A DNA stretch of 64,000 nucleotides from Octopus sinensis (GCF_006345805.1 NC_043004.1:42036001-42100000), one strand, 5' to 3'; shown: positions 41,490 to 55,402, numbered from the stretch's first letter. Numbers and translations: made by a program. The notes: generated by a model from the sequence alone, not told the origin.

Positions 41490-41900
41490 TTTGGTATTGA
41501 CAGGTAAGTGTATTTCGTATTCAACAAGAAAGAAAAGATAAGGCACGTTCTCGGGGAATCATACTTCTAAATAACAAGGCAATAAGATCACTGTAAAAAA
41601 AGTTTGAAGGATATAAATATCTGGATATGTTCCAAGATGGCAAGGTGAAGCAGAAATATAATGAACGCTGACTTTGAAGAAGAACATACGGGGAATGCCA
41701 GAATGATGTTATAGACTAAACTAAATGGAAGAAACATCATTGAAGGAGTAGAGAAGTATGTTAGGAAATGTGTAGAGTAGATTATCTATACAGAAACAAA
41801 GATCAATGGTAAATGCACGGAAAGTGAAGAGAACTACAAAAACGAAAGAAAAGAAAGAAAGGATTCAAAAGTGGAAAGATAAAAGAATGCTATGTAGGAA
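41490..41900 (+). mobile_element. Highly degenerate Dong/R4-like RT fragment
   Basis: Peptide remnants FGID, GYKYL, TKLNGRNII and ERIQKWKDK, broken by stops. Confidence 0.55.
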
Positions 41901-42534
41901 GAATGTCATTCAAACAAAAGATAGAGCACAATTGATGTAAAGCGTGAGCCTCAATATGCTTTCCTTAACTACTAGAAATAACAAGCAAATCTACCTGAAA
42001 TCATACTATTCCGTATCAAATAAAAGTATCATTGGATAATGCAATCTAAAGTTTACTATTCCTAGAAATAAGATAGAATAGTTATAGCTAGAATTACTTG
42101 GGTCAAAAGTCACTTACGATTGAGTCAGTTGGTGACTAAAGAATAAAAATCTATGCGTGTGTTTGGTTAATTGATGGTTGCGCTTGAACGAAAAAGGCGA
42201 GTGACAGCAGAATTGACACCGAATGTATAAGATAGTGATGTTTATACAGGCCAGATGTCAAAAGCTATTGGTCAATTCATGGTCAGTTTGACTGCCTCAA
42301 CTATTTGAATTCAGAACATATAGAGGGGCATAATAAACTAACACAAGGTATTTATGACACAAACAGTCCTAACGTTTTCAACAATTGTATTTATGGTGTA
42401 TAGAGTGGTGACTTCATAAATATTTCTACTTCACACTTGCTAAGTGCTGATATGTCACGCACGCACGCACTCAAACACACACACGCACACACAAACATAC
42501 ACACATATATTTTTTTATATATATATGTATATAT

Positions 42535-42566
<32 letters not shown>

Positions 42567-42589
42567 CACATATATATGTTTATAGTAAA

Positions 42590-42800
42590 TCCCAAACACG
42601 AAGAATAAACACAAAAAAGCAACGACGCCAGGACATGATACACGTAAAGTATTAGCAGACGCTCAGGGAAGGAAAGAAAGTTGGTTTTACGTTTCGAGCA
42701 AAGCTCTTCTTCAGAAACAGGAAACAGAAGAATGTCGAATAGAAAAGAAGACAGAGGGAAAAAAATTGCCTACGATTCACATGTGGTTACAATTTGCAAT
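42590..42800 (-). mobile_element. Penelope-like terminal repeat carrying a minimal hammerhead
   Basis: Homologous to 14985-15165. Confidence 0.65.
42684..42718 (-). ncRNA. Minimal type I hammerhead ribozyme (intact consensus)
   Basis: Minus strand GUUU-CUGAAGA-A-GAGC(uuu)GCUC-GAAAC-GUA/AAAC; palindromic ACGU helix III; GUA triplet. Confidence 0.8.
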
Positions 42801-42825
42801 TGACTTTGTACAGCAGTAGGACATA

Positions 42826-42898
<73 letters not shown>

Positions 42899-43374
42899 TA
42901 TATATATTATATATATATATATAAATAAGCAACAAGAATAACTTCGGTAATTTGGTACGATCGTTTCAAGCTACATCATTTTATTAAATGTTGTGAGTAT
43001 TACAACAGTTTTAAAATGTTGAGCACTCATCAGTCATTAATAGAGGTTTTCCATTAATACATAATTTTCATATCAATGGATAACATTATAGAGAAGGTAG
43101 ATATATAGACAAAGATGTGGATTTAAATTTTAAGAACATTTAAGGTAGTGGAATTTATCAACTGACTGAAGAATATTCAGTTGTTTTGAACTGCTAGAAG
43201 GTTTTGAGAAGAATGAACAATTGAAAGGAGACAAGAAAGATTTTCTATTTATAGAAATAGGGGGGAAATGGATGTCAAAGTTCTATATAAAGAAATTGAG
43301 GTAGAGAGAAGGGTTGTCACACTACAGATACATTTTACTACTATTTGGCATCTTCTCTTTTGTACTCGTGATAT

Positions 43375-44346
43375 ATACTAAACTGAGTCAAAAGTATGTT
43401 CGTATTTCAAGGTTTAATCAATAGTCCAAACAAATGACATACGACAATTGTTTTTTCATCGAAATATATCACTTCGTATTCTATTGTCTTTTGCCATTAT
43501 TGTGAATGAAGCTGGTTCAGAGACAAAAATCTTGCTGCACCCGTTTTCAACCTCGGCACACTGTTGAATGTTCGTCCGTGAATGGCTCGAAAAAAAATAG
43601 GTGGCATTATGATTGTGCGAGGTCTGGAAGGCAGGCAGGGTGCGGCAATACTTCCAGCCCTTCTAGTTCCTTCATTTTGCAGTAGGTCACATTATCAGTA
43701 TATGCTAGATCATCGTCACTCTTTAGGAGTGCTCGTCTTTGTCTGACTAATGATAGTTAGCGGACTTTCAATATATTCGATGTATTTCTTGAGTAAACTC
43801 AAAATTCAACAAACCCTCAAAATTCAGCCAAACATACAACATGACTTTCTTTTCAAACCACCCATGTTTGACAATAAGATCTTAAGCTCTGTCGGAAGGA
43901 AGCCACACTTCGCAATTCGAACTCAAAAACAGACATCTCGAAGATTTGCCAGTAGCAGTTTGCAAATATTTACAGTCGTCGACTTTGGTCAAGGGTTAGT
44001 TCATGAGGAACTGCCCGACATCGTCTGTTCACAACCCCGCAGTAATAAAGTGATCCATTGATTATGTTCTGTGAAGGATATCATGTGCCGATCAAATGCT
44101 TGTGCTTGGTTCTTGTTCAATCATCTCGAGCAAGGCCTCATATTTCACAACACAAGGACACTTGGTTTGTGTTTGAGGCTGGTGTCATCTTCCAGAAAAC
44201 ATCTGAACCAGTTTTGTGCCACACATTTTTTGACAGCTTACGCGCCTTCCACATCATTATTTTCGTTTACCACCATCTTTGCACTCAGTCCGTTTTCCCA
44301 CAGGTAGTATAAAATGGCTTTAGTTGCAACTTTTTCACAACGCATG
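43375..44346 (-). mobile_element. Mariner transposase pseudogene, nearly full length
   Basis: Minus-strand remnants AILYYLW..AQNWFRCF..DDTSL at the N-terminus and EVLPHP..HLF..GRTFNS..WQKTIEYEVIYFDE at the C-terminus; many frameshifts. Confidence 0.75.
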
Positions 44347-44392
44347 GTCACAGAGAAGGTAATATAATAGGTAATATAATAGGTAATATAAT

Positions 44393-44621
44393 AAGCGGCG
44401 AGCTGGCAGAATCGTTAGCACGTCGGGCGAAATGCTTAGCGGTATTTCGGCTGCCGTTACGTTGTGAGTTCAAATTCCGCCGAGGTCGACTTTGCCTTTC
44501 ATCATTTCGGGGTCGATAAATTAAGTACCAGTTACGCACTGGGGTCGATGTAATCGACTTAATACCTATGTCTGTCCTTGTTTGTCCCCTCTGTGTTTAG
44601 CCCCTTGTGGATAATAAAGAA
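44393..44621 (+). mobile_element. SINE family A full copy
   Basis: tRNA-like head gcggcgagctggcagaatcgttagc..gagttcaaattcc; long TSD ataggtaatataataag (about 44379-44395 / 44622-44638) in a 12-bp tandem target. Confidence 0.92.
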
Positions 44622-45000
44622 ATAGGTAATATAATAAGTAGAGAAACAGGCTATGATAAATTAAAATGGTGTTTGACTATCATTCTTAAAGAGAGAGTTA
44701 TCTTTCTAAAAAAAACAAACAATTTATATCACTTGCTTTCCATAATATAGTCACTCTATGGCAGGTATTTCGATGGAAAATAGCTTAAGTGTAGCAACGA
44801 TAGAGTTGGAAGTTTTCATTGGATTTCCAATTCTCGCTTGAAGTTGAAATGTTGCTATTTCAAGTGAGTTAGTTTGATGGAGAGACTGTGAAAATTGTTA
44901 CAGGAAGGAAATATGCACACTCAGTTTCTCTTCTTCCTTCTTTCTCTCTTTCTCACTTTCCCTCACACACACATACATTCACATGTATGTATATATACAC

Positions 45001-45138
45001 GTAGCCTGCTTACCAACCACACGGTTCCGGGTTCAGTCCCACTGCGTGGCACCTTGGGAAAGTGTCTTCTACTATAGCCTCGGGCCGACCAAAGCCTTGT
45101 GAGTGGATTTGGTAGACGGAAACTGAAAGAAGCCTGTC

Positions 45139-45198
<60 letters not shown>

Positions 45199-45400
45199 TT
45201 GTGTGTCTGTGTTTCTCCCCCCAACATCGCTTGACAACAGATGCTGGTGTGTTTACGTCCCCGTTACTTAGCGGTTCGGCAAAAGAGACCGATAGAATAA
45301 GTACTAGGCTTACAAAGAATAAGCCCTGGTGTCGATTTGCTCGACTAAAAGGCGGTACTCCAGCATGGCCGCAGTCAAATGACTGAAACAAGTAAAAAAG
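45001..45400 (+). mobile_element. SINE family B full copy (internal TA/TG microsatellite)
   Basis: tRNA-like head (ggttccgggttcagtccc), core gcaccttgggaaagtgtc..tgagtggatttggtagacggaaac, tail gactgaaacaagtaaaa. Confidence 0.9.
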
Positions 45401-45405
45401 AGAAG

Positions 45406-45436
<31 letters not shown>

Positions 45437-45443
45437 GTGTATA

Positions 45444-45511
<68 letters not shown>

Positions 45512-46621
45512 ATATTACATATGTATGTATGTTGTATCTATATATACAGATGTGCAAATGAGTACCTATAAGAATGTAAACATATAACGAATTAAATAAT
45601 TATGGATGATCCACTTTAAAAGTACTTGAAGCCCGCAATAAGATAGCAAATCTTAAAATGAAAATAACTAAATGTAAATTAGGAAATTTGAAGAATAGGA
45701 AAGAAGTTGGCAGCTAGATCTAAAATGTTACACTTTCTAAAGTTCTTGGTAAACATTCGCATGGAATGAAAATTACTGATTTAAGTTATTTGTACCTTAT
45801 TGAAAGCCCAAGGTACTTAACTTTCCTAGAGAATTATGAACAGAGCTTTCAGCAGGTTGTAGCGATACACCAAAGTGCGTATTATCTAATGATAAGTTTC
45901 TATGTCGATAATACCTTGTGTTTTCAGATTTTGTATCAGGAGAACTACATATATTACACCTTCATTGTGCTCTGTTTAAAATTAAAATAATTGCTCGCAT
46001 CGATTGATTCCTAATTTTCACTCAAGTATATTTTCCATTTTCACGAACAGACATTTGAAATTCATGATTTGAACTACATATAAAAATATTTATTCTTATA
46101 AATGAAATTCTATATGCATACATTTTGATTTTCTATACATACATATTTTATTTCTTCTTCTTAAATGTCGAATTTCTAAATTGTCTTCGCATTGTCTTAG
46201 CAAAATATATCATATCTGGAAATTTTACAGGACTCACTCAAAACTTATGATGTGCAAATATCTATCGAATGTTCAGATATATATCGTTTACCTAAGTTAA
46301 TTGATTTTCACCTATTTTAATCGAGACGGGAAAATAAAACTCCGAGTAATAGTTTCTGAATTGTGCAGCTCCTAAAAGATTAGTATCTGTTAATCCCTTA
46401 TCACTCCCTCTCCCTTTCTTACCCTCTCAGCCTGTGTATCATGTACATACATACATGTGTGTGTGTGTGAGTTTACATATATATATACACATACACATAA
46501 ACGCTCACACGCAAACACACACAAACTCAAACACCCACACAGACACATGCATACATGTATATATATATATATCTATATATATATATAATATATATATATT
46601 TATGTAACTACATATATATAT

Positions 46622-46672
<51 letters not shown>

Positions 46673-47201
46673 CATATATATATAGGTAGTTACACAAATA
46701 TGTAGTTACACATACATTTTCATATGTGAGTAAGTGTGTACATCACGTATATCAGTATAGCTATTATTTCCTCATATATCTAAGCCTATGTACGAATGAA
46801 CATCTGAGTATAATTGATTGCGATTGATTGCATGAATGTGTGCGTAAACCCATCTATGTATAATTTGACTATTTCAAAACATCTGCAATCCCTCACTCTC
46901 TAAGAGTAGCTCACTGTTTATAAATAATTGATTTCAGAAGTTTTGAAATACCACCAAACAGTCTTCACTGAATCTATATTTTATTGCCAATATTAGAATG
47001 TTACTATTCCTCGAAGGGAAATTATAAAAATAAAATGTACATGCGTCTCTCTCTCTTCTATTTCTTTTTTCCTCTCTCTTTCCACCTCTCTCTGTATTTT
47101 TGCCAGTCTATTTATGTATGTGTTATATATGTATCAAGCTATCTTTCTAGTTATCTGTCTATATCTATTTCCCAATTTCACAATAAATCTATCAACGTAT
47201 G

Positions 47202-47232
<31 letters not shown>

Positions 47233-47261
47233 TATATATATATTATATATATATATATATA

Positions 47262-47318
<57 letters not shown>

Positions 47319-47773
47319 TGTATAAATACGCATAAACGCATATATATAATTATATATTTTTATGAAGTTATATATTTGTGGTGTGTGCATGCAATCATAT
47401 CTTTATAAATACATATGCAGATATACATAGAAAATATGCACACGTATATGCAGATATATACATATATTTATTTATATATATAGGAGTTTATGAAATATGC
47501 ATTATTCATGAGTGTATGGATTTAGTATGGTGAGTGTTTGTACGCGGTTATTTATACGTGTAAGTGTGTGTGTGTGTGTGTGTGTGTCTGTGTGCAAATT
47601 AGAAGCACACATAAATTAATATGTAAACCGCTCAATGTGAAATCTGAAAAGCGAGTGAAAAAGAAAGAAAGCGAGAGATAGTGAGAAAAAGGATAGAGCA
47701 GAGTGAAATAATGAAAAAATAGAAGTGAAAACAATTTTAAAGAAGTAAAGAACCAAAATAACAAATGTGATAG

Positions 47774-47843
<70 letters not shown>

Positions 47844-48109
47844 TAAATATAGTCATCCTTATCATAAAAACATAGGCAAATAGCTATCGAATCACAACAC
47901 ACATACTGACACTTGGAAACCGATAACATCCCAAACATTCACACACAAGCAGAATTAGTAACTAAAAAAGAAAAAAAAAACAAGAATGTTCTCGAAATAA
48001 ATTATGAAGACAAAATAACTCCTTCCAGAAAAAAAAACAAAACAAAAAACAAAACAAAGAAATAGCAGAAAATCAAATTCAGAATGAAAATGAAAAAAAA
48101 AAGAAAGAA

Positions 48110-48297
48110 TAATCTCAGTCATCATCGTCGTAGTTATCAGCATCATCATCCTTGTAGTAGGCGTCGTCGTCCTCATCGTCATCGTATTCATCACCATCGC
48201 ATTCATCATCATCATCATCAGCAGCAGCAGCAGCAGCAATATCGTCGTATTCATCATCATCGTTATCATCATCATCACGATAATCATCATCATCATT

Positions 48298-48344
<47 letters not shown>

Positions 48345-48755
48345 TGTCATCATCATCATCGTCATCATCATCATCGTCGTCCTCGTCGTCGTCATCATCA
48401 TCATCATCATCGTCATCATTATCATCATATTACCATTGTCGTCGTCGTCATCATCATCTTTATCATCATCATCAACATCGTCATCAATCCCGCACGACTG
48501 TTATTGCCCTCAGAATCAACATTGTCATCATGGGTACCATAACCACCACCACCACAATAAGCACTATTAGTGCCATCATCAACACAGTGACCATTACCAT
48601 CAGCATCACCATCATCATCACAGTTACAACCACCACCATAAGAATCAACACCATCATCACCGTGATCATCATTGGCATCGTCCCTTTTCAAGCTCTTTCT
48701 CATCATCACGATCATGATCATGATCATCATCACCATCATCATCACCATCATCATC

Positions 48756-48787
<32 letters not shown>

Positions 48788-48950
48788 TATTATCATTTTC
48801 ATCATCATCATCGACATCCTCATCATTATCATCATCACCATCATCATCATCATTATCATTTTCATCATCATCGACATCCTCATTATCATCACCATCATCA
48901 TCATCATCATCATTATCATTTTCATCATCATCATCGACATCCTCATCATT

Positions 48951-49013
<63 letters not shown>

Positions 49014-49170
49014 GTCATTTTCATCATCATCATCATCATCATCATCATTATCATTTTTATCATCTATATAATCTTCATCAACATTAACATTCAACATCAT
49101 CATCATCATCATCATCAACTTCATCAACAGCAGCAACAACAACAATGCCATCAACCTTCATCATCACCAG
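48110..49170. repeat. About 1-kb degenerate (CAT)n trinucleotide repeat
   Basis: Seen directly; source of the poly-H, -M, -D, -I and -S ORFs. Confidence 0.95.
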
Positions 49171-49917
49171 CGTTATAAGGTAACTTTCACAACAATGCCA
49201 ACAATAAATTCTTCTCTGAAAACATAATTTCTAGAAACAAATATAGATAAACTACACCTTACCCCCCCCCCACCGATTCCGCATACACATTCCCCCACAA
49301 TAAAATAACACTAAATAAAACAAAGCAACAGAAAGATATAGCGAACTATTTGAGATTTATTGATATAAGGTGAAATTTATTAGGCGTAAAGTCGATAAAT
49401 GCAGAATAGTCAGGGTATGTTTGTGTTCCGCACTTAGATGTTTATATTTGCGTTATATTGTGTGTAAGTATGTGCTTATGTATCTATATATGCATAGATG
49501 TATGTTGTTTTGTATGTACGCTAGTATGTGCGTATGTGTGTGTCTGTGTGTGTGTGTGTGTGCTTCTGGCTAGTGGGTTTTCGAGACTCATCGAATCCTC
49601 ACTCGAAATAATGAACAAACGAATAAATGAATATTATAAATAAATACATGAAATACAACAAAATGGGAAAATAAGAAACATAGCAATTTACAGAGGAAAG
49701 CAGAGGCTTGGCGAGAGGGATAAAACGGAGTAAATTATGAGTTATTGAGAGATACAGATACGCTTAGAACTATAATGCGCAGCATTTTAGTATTATTTTA
49801 GATGTACTGATATATATATATATATACACACAGAGATTTATATGTATTTATGTATGTACATATGTATATATATATATATATATACACACACAGATTTATA
49901 TGTATTTATGTATGTAC

Positions 49918-49956
<39 letters not shown>

Positions 49957-50017
49957 CAGATTTATGTATATTTATGTATGTACATATGTATATGTATATA
50001 TATATATATATATATAC

Positions 50018-50054
<37 letters not shown>

Positions 50055-50175
50055 TATACATATATATATATACATATATATACATATATATACATATATA
50101 TATATATATAGATACATATACATATATATATATATATACATATACACACGCGCACGCACACACAGACACATATAT

Positions 50176-50331
50176 AGGCGTGGGTGTGTGATAAGTAGCT
50201 TGTTAACCAAGCACATACTTCCGGGTTCAGTCCAACTGCGTGGCACATAGGCAAATTTGTTTTACTATAGCCTCAGGCCGACCAAAGTCTTGTGAGTGGA
50301 TTTGGTACACGGAAACTGAAAGAAGCTCATC

Positions 50332-50370
<39 letters not shown>

Positions 50371-50620
50371 TATATGCACATAAAAAAATAAATGAATAAC
50401 GAATGTGTATGTATATTGTTTATCTGTGTTTGTCCTCCCACCATCGATTGACAAACGATGTTGGTGTGTTTACGTCCCCGTTATCTAGCAGTTCGGCAAT
50501 TAGAGACCTCTAGAATAAGTACCAGGCTTACAAAGAATAAGTACTGAGGTCGATTTGTTTCACTAAAGGCGGTGCTCCAGCATGGCTGCAGTCAAAAGAC
50601 TGAAACAAGTAAAATAATAA
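50176..50620 (+). mobile_element. SINE family B full copy
   Basis: Homologous to 45001-45400, starting ggcgtgggtgtgtgataag. Confidence 0.9.
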
Positions 50621-50873
50621 AAGAATATATATACATACATATATATTTATACAAATATAGGTATAGATATATATGTGTACAAAAACGCACGCATACATAC
50701 ATACATACACACATATACGTATACATACATAGATACACACACACACGCACGCACACATACATACACACACACACATATATAGAGAGAGTTTATGAATAAA
50801 ACAAAAGACGAAGACAGGTGGTGTACAAAAAAAAAACAGATGTATTAGTATAACGCTCAAGAATAGAAAAAGT

Positions 50874-50909
50874 CTTTTACGTTTCGAGCCTACGCTCTTC
50901 TACAGAAAG
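50874..50909 (-). ncRNA. Minimal hammerhead with a core substitution (CUGUAGA), probably inactive
   Basis: Minus strand CUUU-CUGUAGA-A-GAGC(guag)GCUC-GAAAC-GUA/AAAG, inside a Penelope-like repeat at 50780-50975. Confidence 0.65.
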
Positions 50910-50971
50910 GGACACAGAAAAAACAAGGCGTGAAACAAGGAGAGAAAAATACGTGTAGTGACTAACGATCT

Positions 50972-51017
<46 letters not shown>

Positions 51018-51336
51018 AATCCATATCAATATTATTTGAATGCCGAGACTCTGAATCTCAGCTCTGAATCATACGGCATATGCTTATGCTCCAGATTTTT
51101 CATTACATTGTGTATGTAATTTCAATCTACCCCGTAAGCACAAACTTACTAATACTGATGCAAACATACACGCATAAATGTTCATAAATACACACACGCC
51201 ATATACTTATTCATAGATGTGTGAGGTGGAAATATGTGTCATGAATCTTCAATATACATCCGGCAATTTTCGTCTGTTACCTCTTATGTTTAAATCCAGT
51301 CTGATGATTTCAATATGGTATCATTCTTACTAAAGA

Positions 51337-51545
51337 TTATTACCGCCGCCTTAGCTAAGGCGGAGGTATTGCCTTCAGTCGTGTTTGTTTGTATGTTTGT
51401 CTGTTTGTCTGTGGACTAGATATTTTAAGAACCGCTGGATGGATTCGGATGAAGCTTTCAGTGATGTTTGACCTCATGACTGGCACGAACTGGTTGCATT
51501 TTGGACTCGATCCGGTATCGGATAAGGATTCTGGATTATTTGTTA
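51337..51545 (+). mobile_element. Helentron/DINE-like non-autonomous element 5' part
   Basis: ttattacc start, perfect 18-bp palindrome ccgccttagctaaggcgg (51346-51363), then a (GTTT)-type microsatellite and a conserved-looking core. Confidence 0.6.
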
Positions 51546-51959
51546 TATTTACTTTACTTTACACAAATTATTACAATCTTACGTTCTTTCGAGTCTTTCT
51601 CTGATTATCTCTCTTGAATGTACTCTCGTAGTTTCCACGTAAGCTATGGTGGTGTTGCTATTTCCAAAGTTTTATTTTCGTTTCTCTATTATTAATTTTA
51701 CTCACGTCTGTATCTTAGTAGAAACTGGTGGATAAAGAAATCAAACTACATAAACAAACGGCAACGAGACCGTTCAGAAATTAAATAACACCAATATATT
51801 CAGTAACAATAATAAATTTAATTTATCCTCGACAACTTTTAGCTATACAAATTTTGAATATATCGCTCCTGTTTAAAATCTCTCACCTACTTGACAATTG
51901 TATTTCTAACTCTGCCTTGAAGGAAGCTTTATTTCTTGGACTTCACGTCTTGCGCAACG

Positions 51960-52825
51960 ATGTTGTTAAACCTCCGTTAACAGCACCGTATGCAGTTCCA
52001 CGTCGACCGACAGCGTCGTAACGGAAGGGTCGGTTAAATTGCATGGGGTCTGATTTGGTCCAGACATGCAGGCGGACAAGAATTGGAGCAGGTGACGAAC
52101 AGGGTGGCTAATCTCACACAGAAAGCTGTCCATGAAGGGTAGTGCGTAGGAAGCGAATGTATATATCATTTCCGTCATCTACTAGTGTCTGTCGGTCGTC
52201 TCTCGCCCTTCCTCGTAACTGATCAAGGAATTTACTCTTCCATTTTCTGTGAAAGGGATGTGTTTCGCTCATCAGAGGGTCCATATGCTGTCAGTAGCCA
52301 AGGAGTGACACAATGGGCATGTCGTGGCTATTTTACGCAGACATGTGCTGAGGCTGCGACATCTCCAGTGTTTTCTTCACGAGGAATAGACAGGATTTTC
52401 CGCAGCTCGTCTCATTGATGGAACAACATTCCTACCGAGATAGACCTCCTCGCACCAATAGTGTGGTCAGGCGCTAACGGTCCTCCTTCAGACAGGCAAT
52501 GCTGTCGGAGGAATTTCAAGTCTAGCATTCTATAGCGGGTTACTGGCAGGAAATTGAGACAACATACTCGGGAGGGGGGACTCTGGTCGCCGACGAGAAT
52601 CACCTGGGTGGTCTGTTCTGGGGAACTTTGGGGCCTATGGATAATTTCTAGAAATACTTGGCCTGGAAGTGCTACCGGAGATCATTGCCAATTCATGATG
52701 AAATTTACAGGCATCGTAGTGCCATCTACTGACTTTTCTCGGGATGAGCACAGAGCGACGAAACTGTTCGGCACGCTCTCGTCCAGAGTCCGAGCATAAC
52801 TGACTTGTGGGTTTATGTCGAACAC
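51960..52825 (+). mobile_element. L1/Tx1-like LINE ORF2 C-terminal relic
   Basis: Plus-strand remnants FGPDMQADKNW, RHVLRLRHLQ, LGPMDNF..LAWKCYRRSLP and QSDETVRHALVQSP..LWVYVEH (ETxxHxxxxC-type zinc-finger region). Confidence 0.7.
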
Positions 52826-53065
52826 CTTGCTCCGGTTAATTCTGTAAGAGTGGGCAGCATCCTGTTGTCAAGGGTCTCACAGGATCTCTTTCCACGTTAC
52901 TTAACACCCAAGTATCAATCGCAGATTTTTTTCGCTGTCCGCAATAGAGCTGTTCTTTTAGCATGTTCTAAGCAAATGTCAATTCCAATTTCTTCGAAAT
53001 ATTTCCCTGCCATAGTTGTTAGCGCTCTCATTCCCCACTAAAACCACTAGGACGACAGTTACTCT
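52826..53065 (-). mobile_element. Dong/R4-like LINE 3' end and 3' UTR
   Basis: Minus strand ..KYFEEIGIDICLEHAKRTALLRTAK.. resembles the RLE LINE C-terminus. Confidence 0.65.
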
Positions 53066-53333
53066 CTTCATTGCCCATATTCTTGCAATTTCGTATGTTA
53101 GTATCTTATCTTTTCCCGTCTTTCCAACACTTTGTCACCTACGCGAGCGTCCTCAGTCAAGGCAACATATACGTAATCTTGGTTTCATTCTTTCTTATAT
53201 TTACTACAATATTGTCTGGTCTTCTAGCATTAATTAGTAAGCCATATTAGTAAGTCTCTTTGAGACATTTAGACCTTCAATATTTCTAATTACAGTGACC
53301 AGTGAATAGATTTCACTGTAAATATATATATTT

Positions 53334-53460
53334 GCGAAGGCTAGACAAGCATCTCAACTAGCAGGTCCCACTATCCTGGACTGATGACGGGTAAGACCCA
53401 GAAACATGCATGTCTTCAGGTGTGAATCCTAGCTGGTGGGGGTGCTTGCCTCCCCTTCGC
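53334..53460 (+). ncRNA. Type I hammerhead ribozyme at the apex of a 127-nt extended hairpin
   Basis: CCUGGA-CUGAUGA-C-GGGU(aag)ACCC-A-GAAAC-AUGCAU-GUC/UUCAGG; palindromic ACAUGCAUGU helix III; helix I extends to gcgaagg/ccttcgc. Confidence 0.8.
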
Positions 53461-53559
53461 TAATATAAGGACACAGGAAATGTGTCAAAGTCGACAGGAA
53501 GCGCCGATGCTTCCTAGGGTTAAACTGCGGGACTGTCACGTTATGTTGACAGTATACAA

Positions 53560-53810
53560 CCACTCCATATTAGATTGTAAAATCCCAAAAGATCTTATTA
53601 TATTCTTTATTCTCAGTGATGCCTTCTCTGTGTTCTTTCAAGACCGTATTTCTCACACAAACTCCATTGAACAAACGTAGCCAGGTTATCATGCCTCCTT
53701 TTATATTCAACTTGGGCGAATTTGCTATAATCGCTCAGAATATGTGCGTTTCTTTCGCTTTTGCCGCCACACATCCTACAAAGATTCACTGATCAACAAC
53801 AGCGTGAGTG
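53560..53810 (-). mobile_element. Dong/R4-like LINE zinc-finger region
   Basis: Minus strand CRMCGGKSERNAHI..EYKRRHDNLA..LCEKYGLE..KIFWDFTI. Confidence 0.8.
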
Positions 53811-54181
53811 AAGACTGAACTTAAGGTAATGGTCTTTCGCCCGGTAGGTGCCCAGTGGATGAACAGCACAGACCTGGTCGTCATTATAAGGCTGCCACAG
53901 CAAAGTGCTCCAGGGCGATGAACATACTTGTCATGAATTATCATCATCATCATCATCATCGTCATTGTCGTGGTCATCGTGGTCGTTGTTTTTTGTTGTT
54001 ACTATCAGTGATAGAACTATTTTAAATTCTGTCTGGAATTTCAGGAGATTATTATCTGAAGCGAGAAATTTATTGCCTCTAATCCATATTGGTATCACTG
54101 TTTATAAAGTTTAGGAGGTGGTTTAACAAGTCCATTATTAACAAGTCATTTATAAAACTTGGTAAGTATTTTAAGTAGTAC

Positions 54182-54216
<35 letters not shown>

Positions 54217-54272
54217 TGTATGTATGTATGTATGTATGTATGTATGTATGTATGTATATATATATATATATA

Positions 54273-54573
54273 TCACCGTGATCACCGTGACCGACCAGGC
54301 TATCAGATGTTGCTACACATCGCTGGTCACAGTGCGCTTCGCATTGATTTTTAGCCTTCAAATGACGCCACCCCGCTGGCTAAGCGAGCAGGCCAACAGA
54401 AGAAAGAGTGAGAGAAAGTTGTGGCGAAAGAGTACAGCAGGGATCGCCACCACCCTCTGCCGGAGCCTCGTGGAGCTTTAGGTGTTTTCGCTCAATAAAC
54501 ACTCACAACGCCCGGTCTGGGAATCGAAACCGCGATCCTACGACCGCGAGTCCGCTGCCCTAACCACTGGGCA
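54273..54573 (-). mobile_element. tRNA-Arg(TCG)-like SINE (family C)
   Basis: Head tgcccagtggttagggcagcggacTCGcggtcgtaggatcgcggtttcgattccc followed by a non-tRNA body and a cacggtga tail; second copy at 60627. Confidence 0.9.
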
Positions 54574-54786
54574 TTAGTATACATATATATATATATGTAT
54601 ACTAATTTTGACTGCCCCTCTCACATCCCAACTAGATTGCTCTTAATGAAGGATTCTTTAACCAAGTCTGAGAGCTACCATTTAAACAATTTATACATGA
54701 TCTGAGATAGATCTAATTTTGTATTTCTCTCTCACTGTCTCTCTCTCTAATCATCTATCTATCTATCTATCTACCTATCTATCTAC

Positions 54787-54888
<102 letters not shown>

Positions 54889-55364
54889 GTTTGTTTATCT
54901 GTATACACATCGACATACGCAAAAATTGCAACCGCCAAATTTCTTTCTAACGTATTTCGTTTTTCTTTTTCTGTCCCCCTCGTATGATTCTGTAAAATAT
55001 TAAATAGTGAGAGAATGTAAGAACGAAACTCTTTGTTACAACACTTGCCATTTCTCTCATGAATTTATTAGTGTATAAGTTTTATTCTATTTTTTTTATA
55101 GTAAATTTGTCATAATGATTTTCTTCAAAATGTTGCTCTTTTACTCGTGCAATCAATGTTTTTGAAATCGATTTTCTTCTTATTTTTCGAAAAAATATTT
55201 GAAAGTTCGCTATCCTAAGGTTTTTGGCTCTCTCATTCTCGGTTCTGTAATATTTTGTAGTTTGCATTTGGCTTTCTTACATGATACCACATGAGCCAAA
55301 ATGCTCTTCTACACATACACAAACACACACACACCACACACACACACACATACACACACACACC

Positions 55365-55402
<38 letters not shown>

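Noticed and set aside
47955-49178. His-, Asp-, Met-, Ile- and Ser-rich ORFs
   Set aside because: All six frames are open because of a (CAT)n repeat; no splice context or unique coding flanks.
52255-52281. Minus-strand CUGAUGA-GC-GAAAC hammerhead-like core
   Set aside because: No helix II and no partner for helix I or III; it lies in the antisense of Tx1-like coding sequence, so probably chance.
54500-54573. tRNA-Arg(TCG) gene (also 60850-60920 and 7923-7990)
   Set aside because: The tRNA-like head lacks a proper acceptor stem and continues into a shared SINE body; these are SINE heads.
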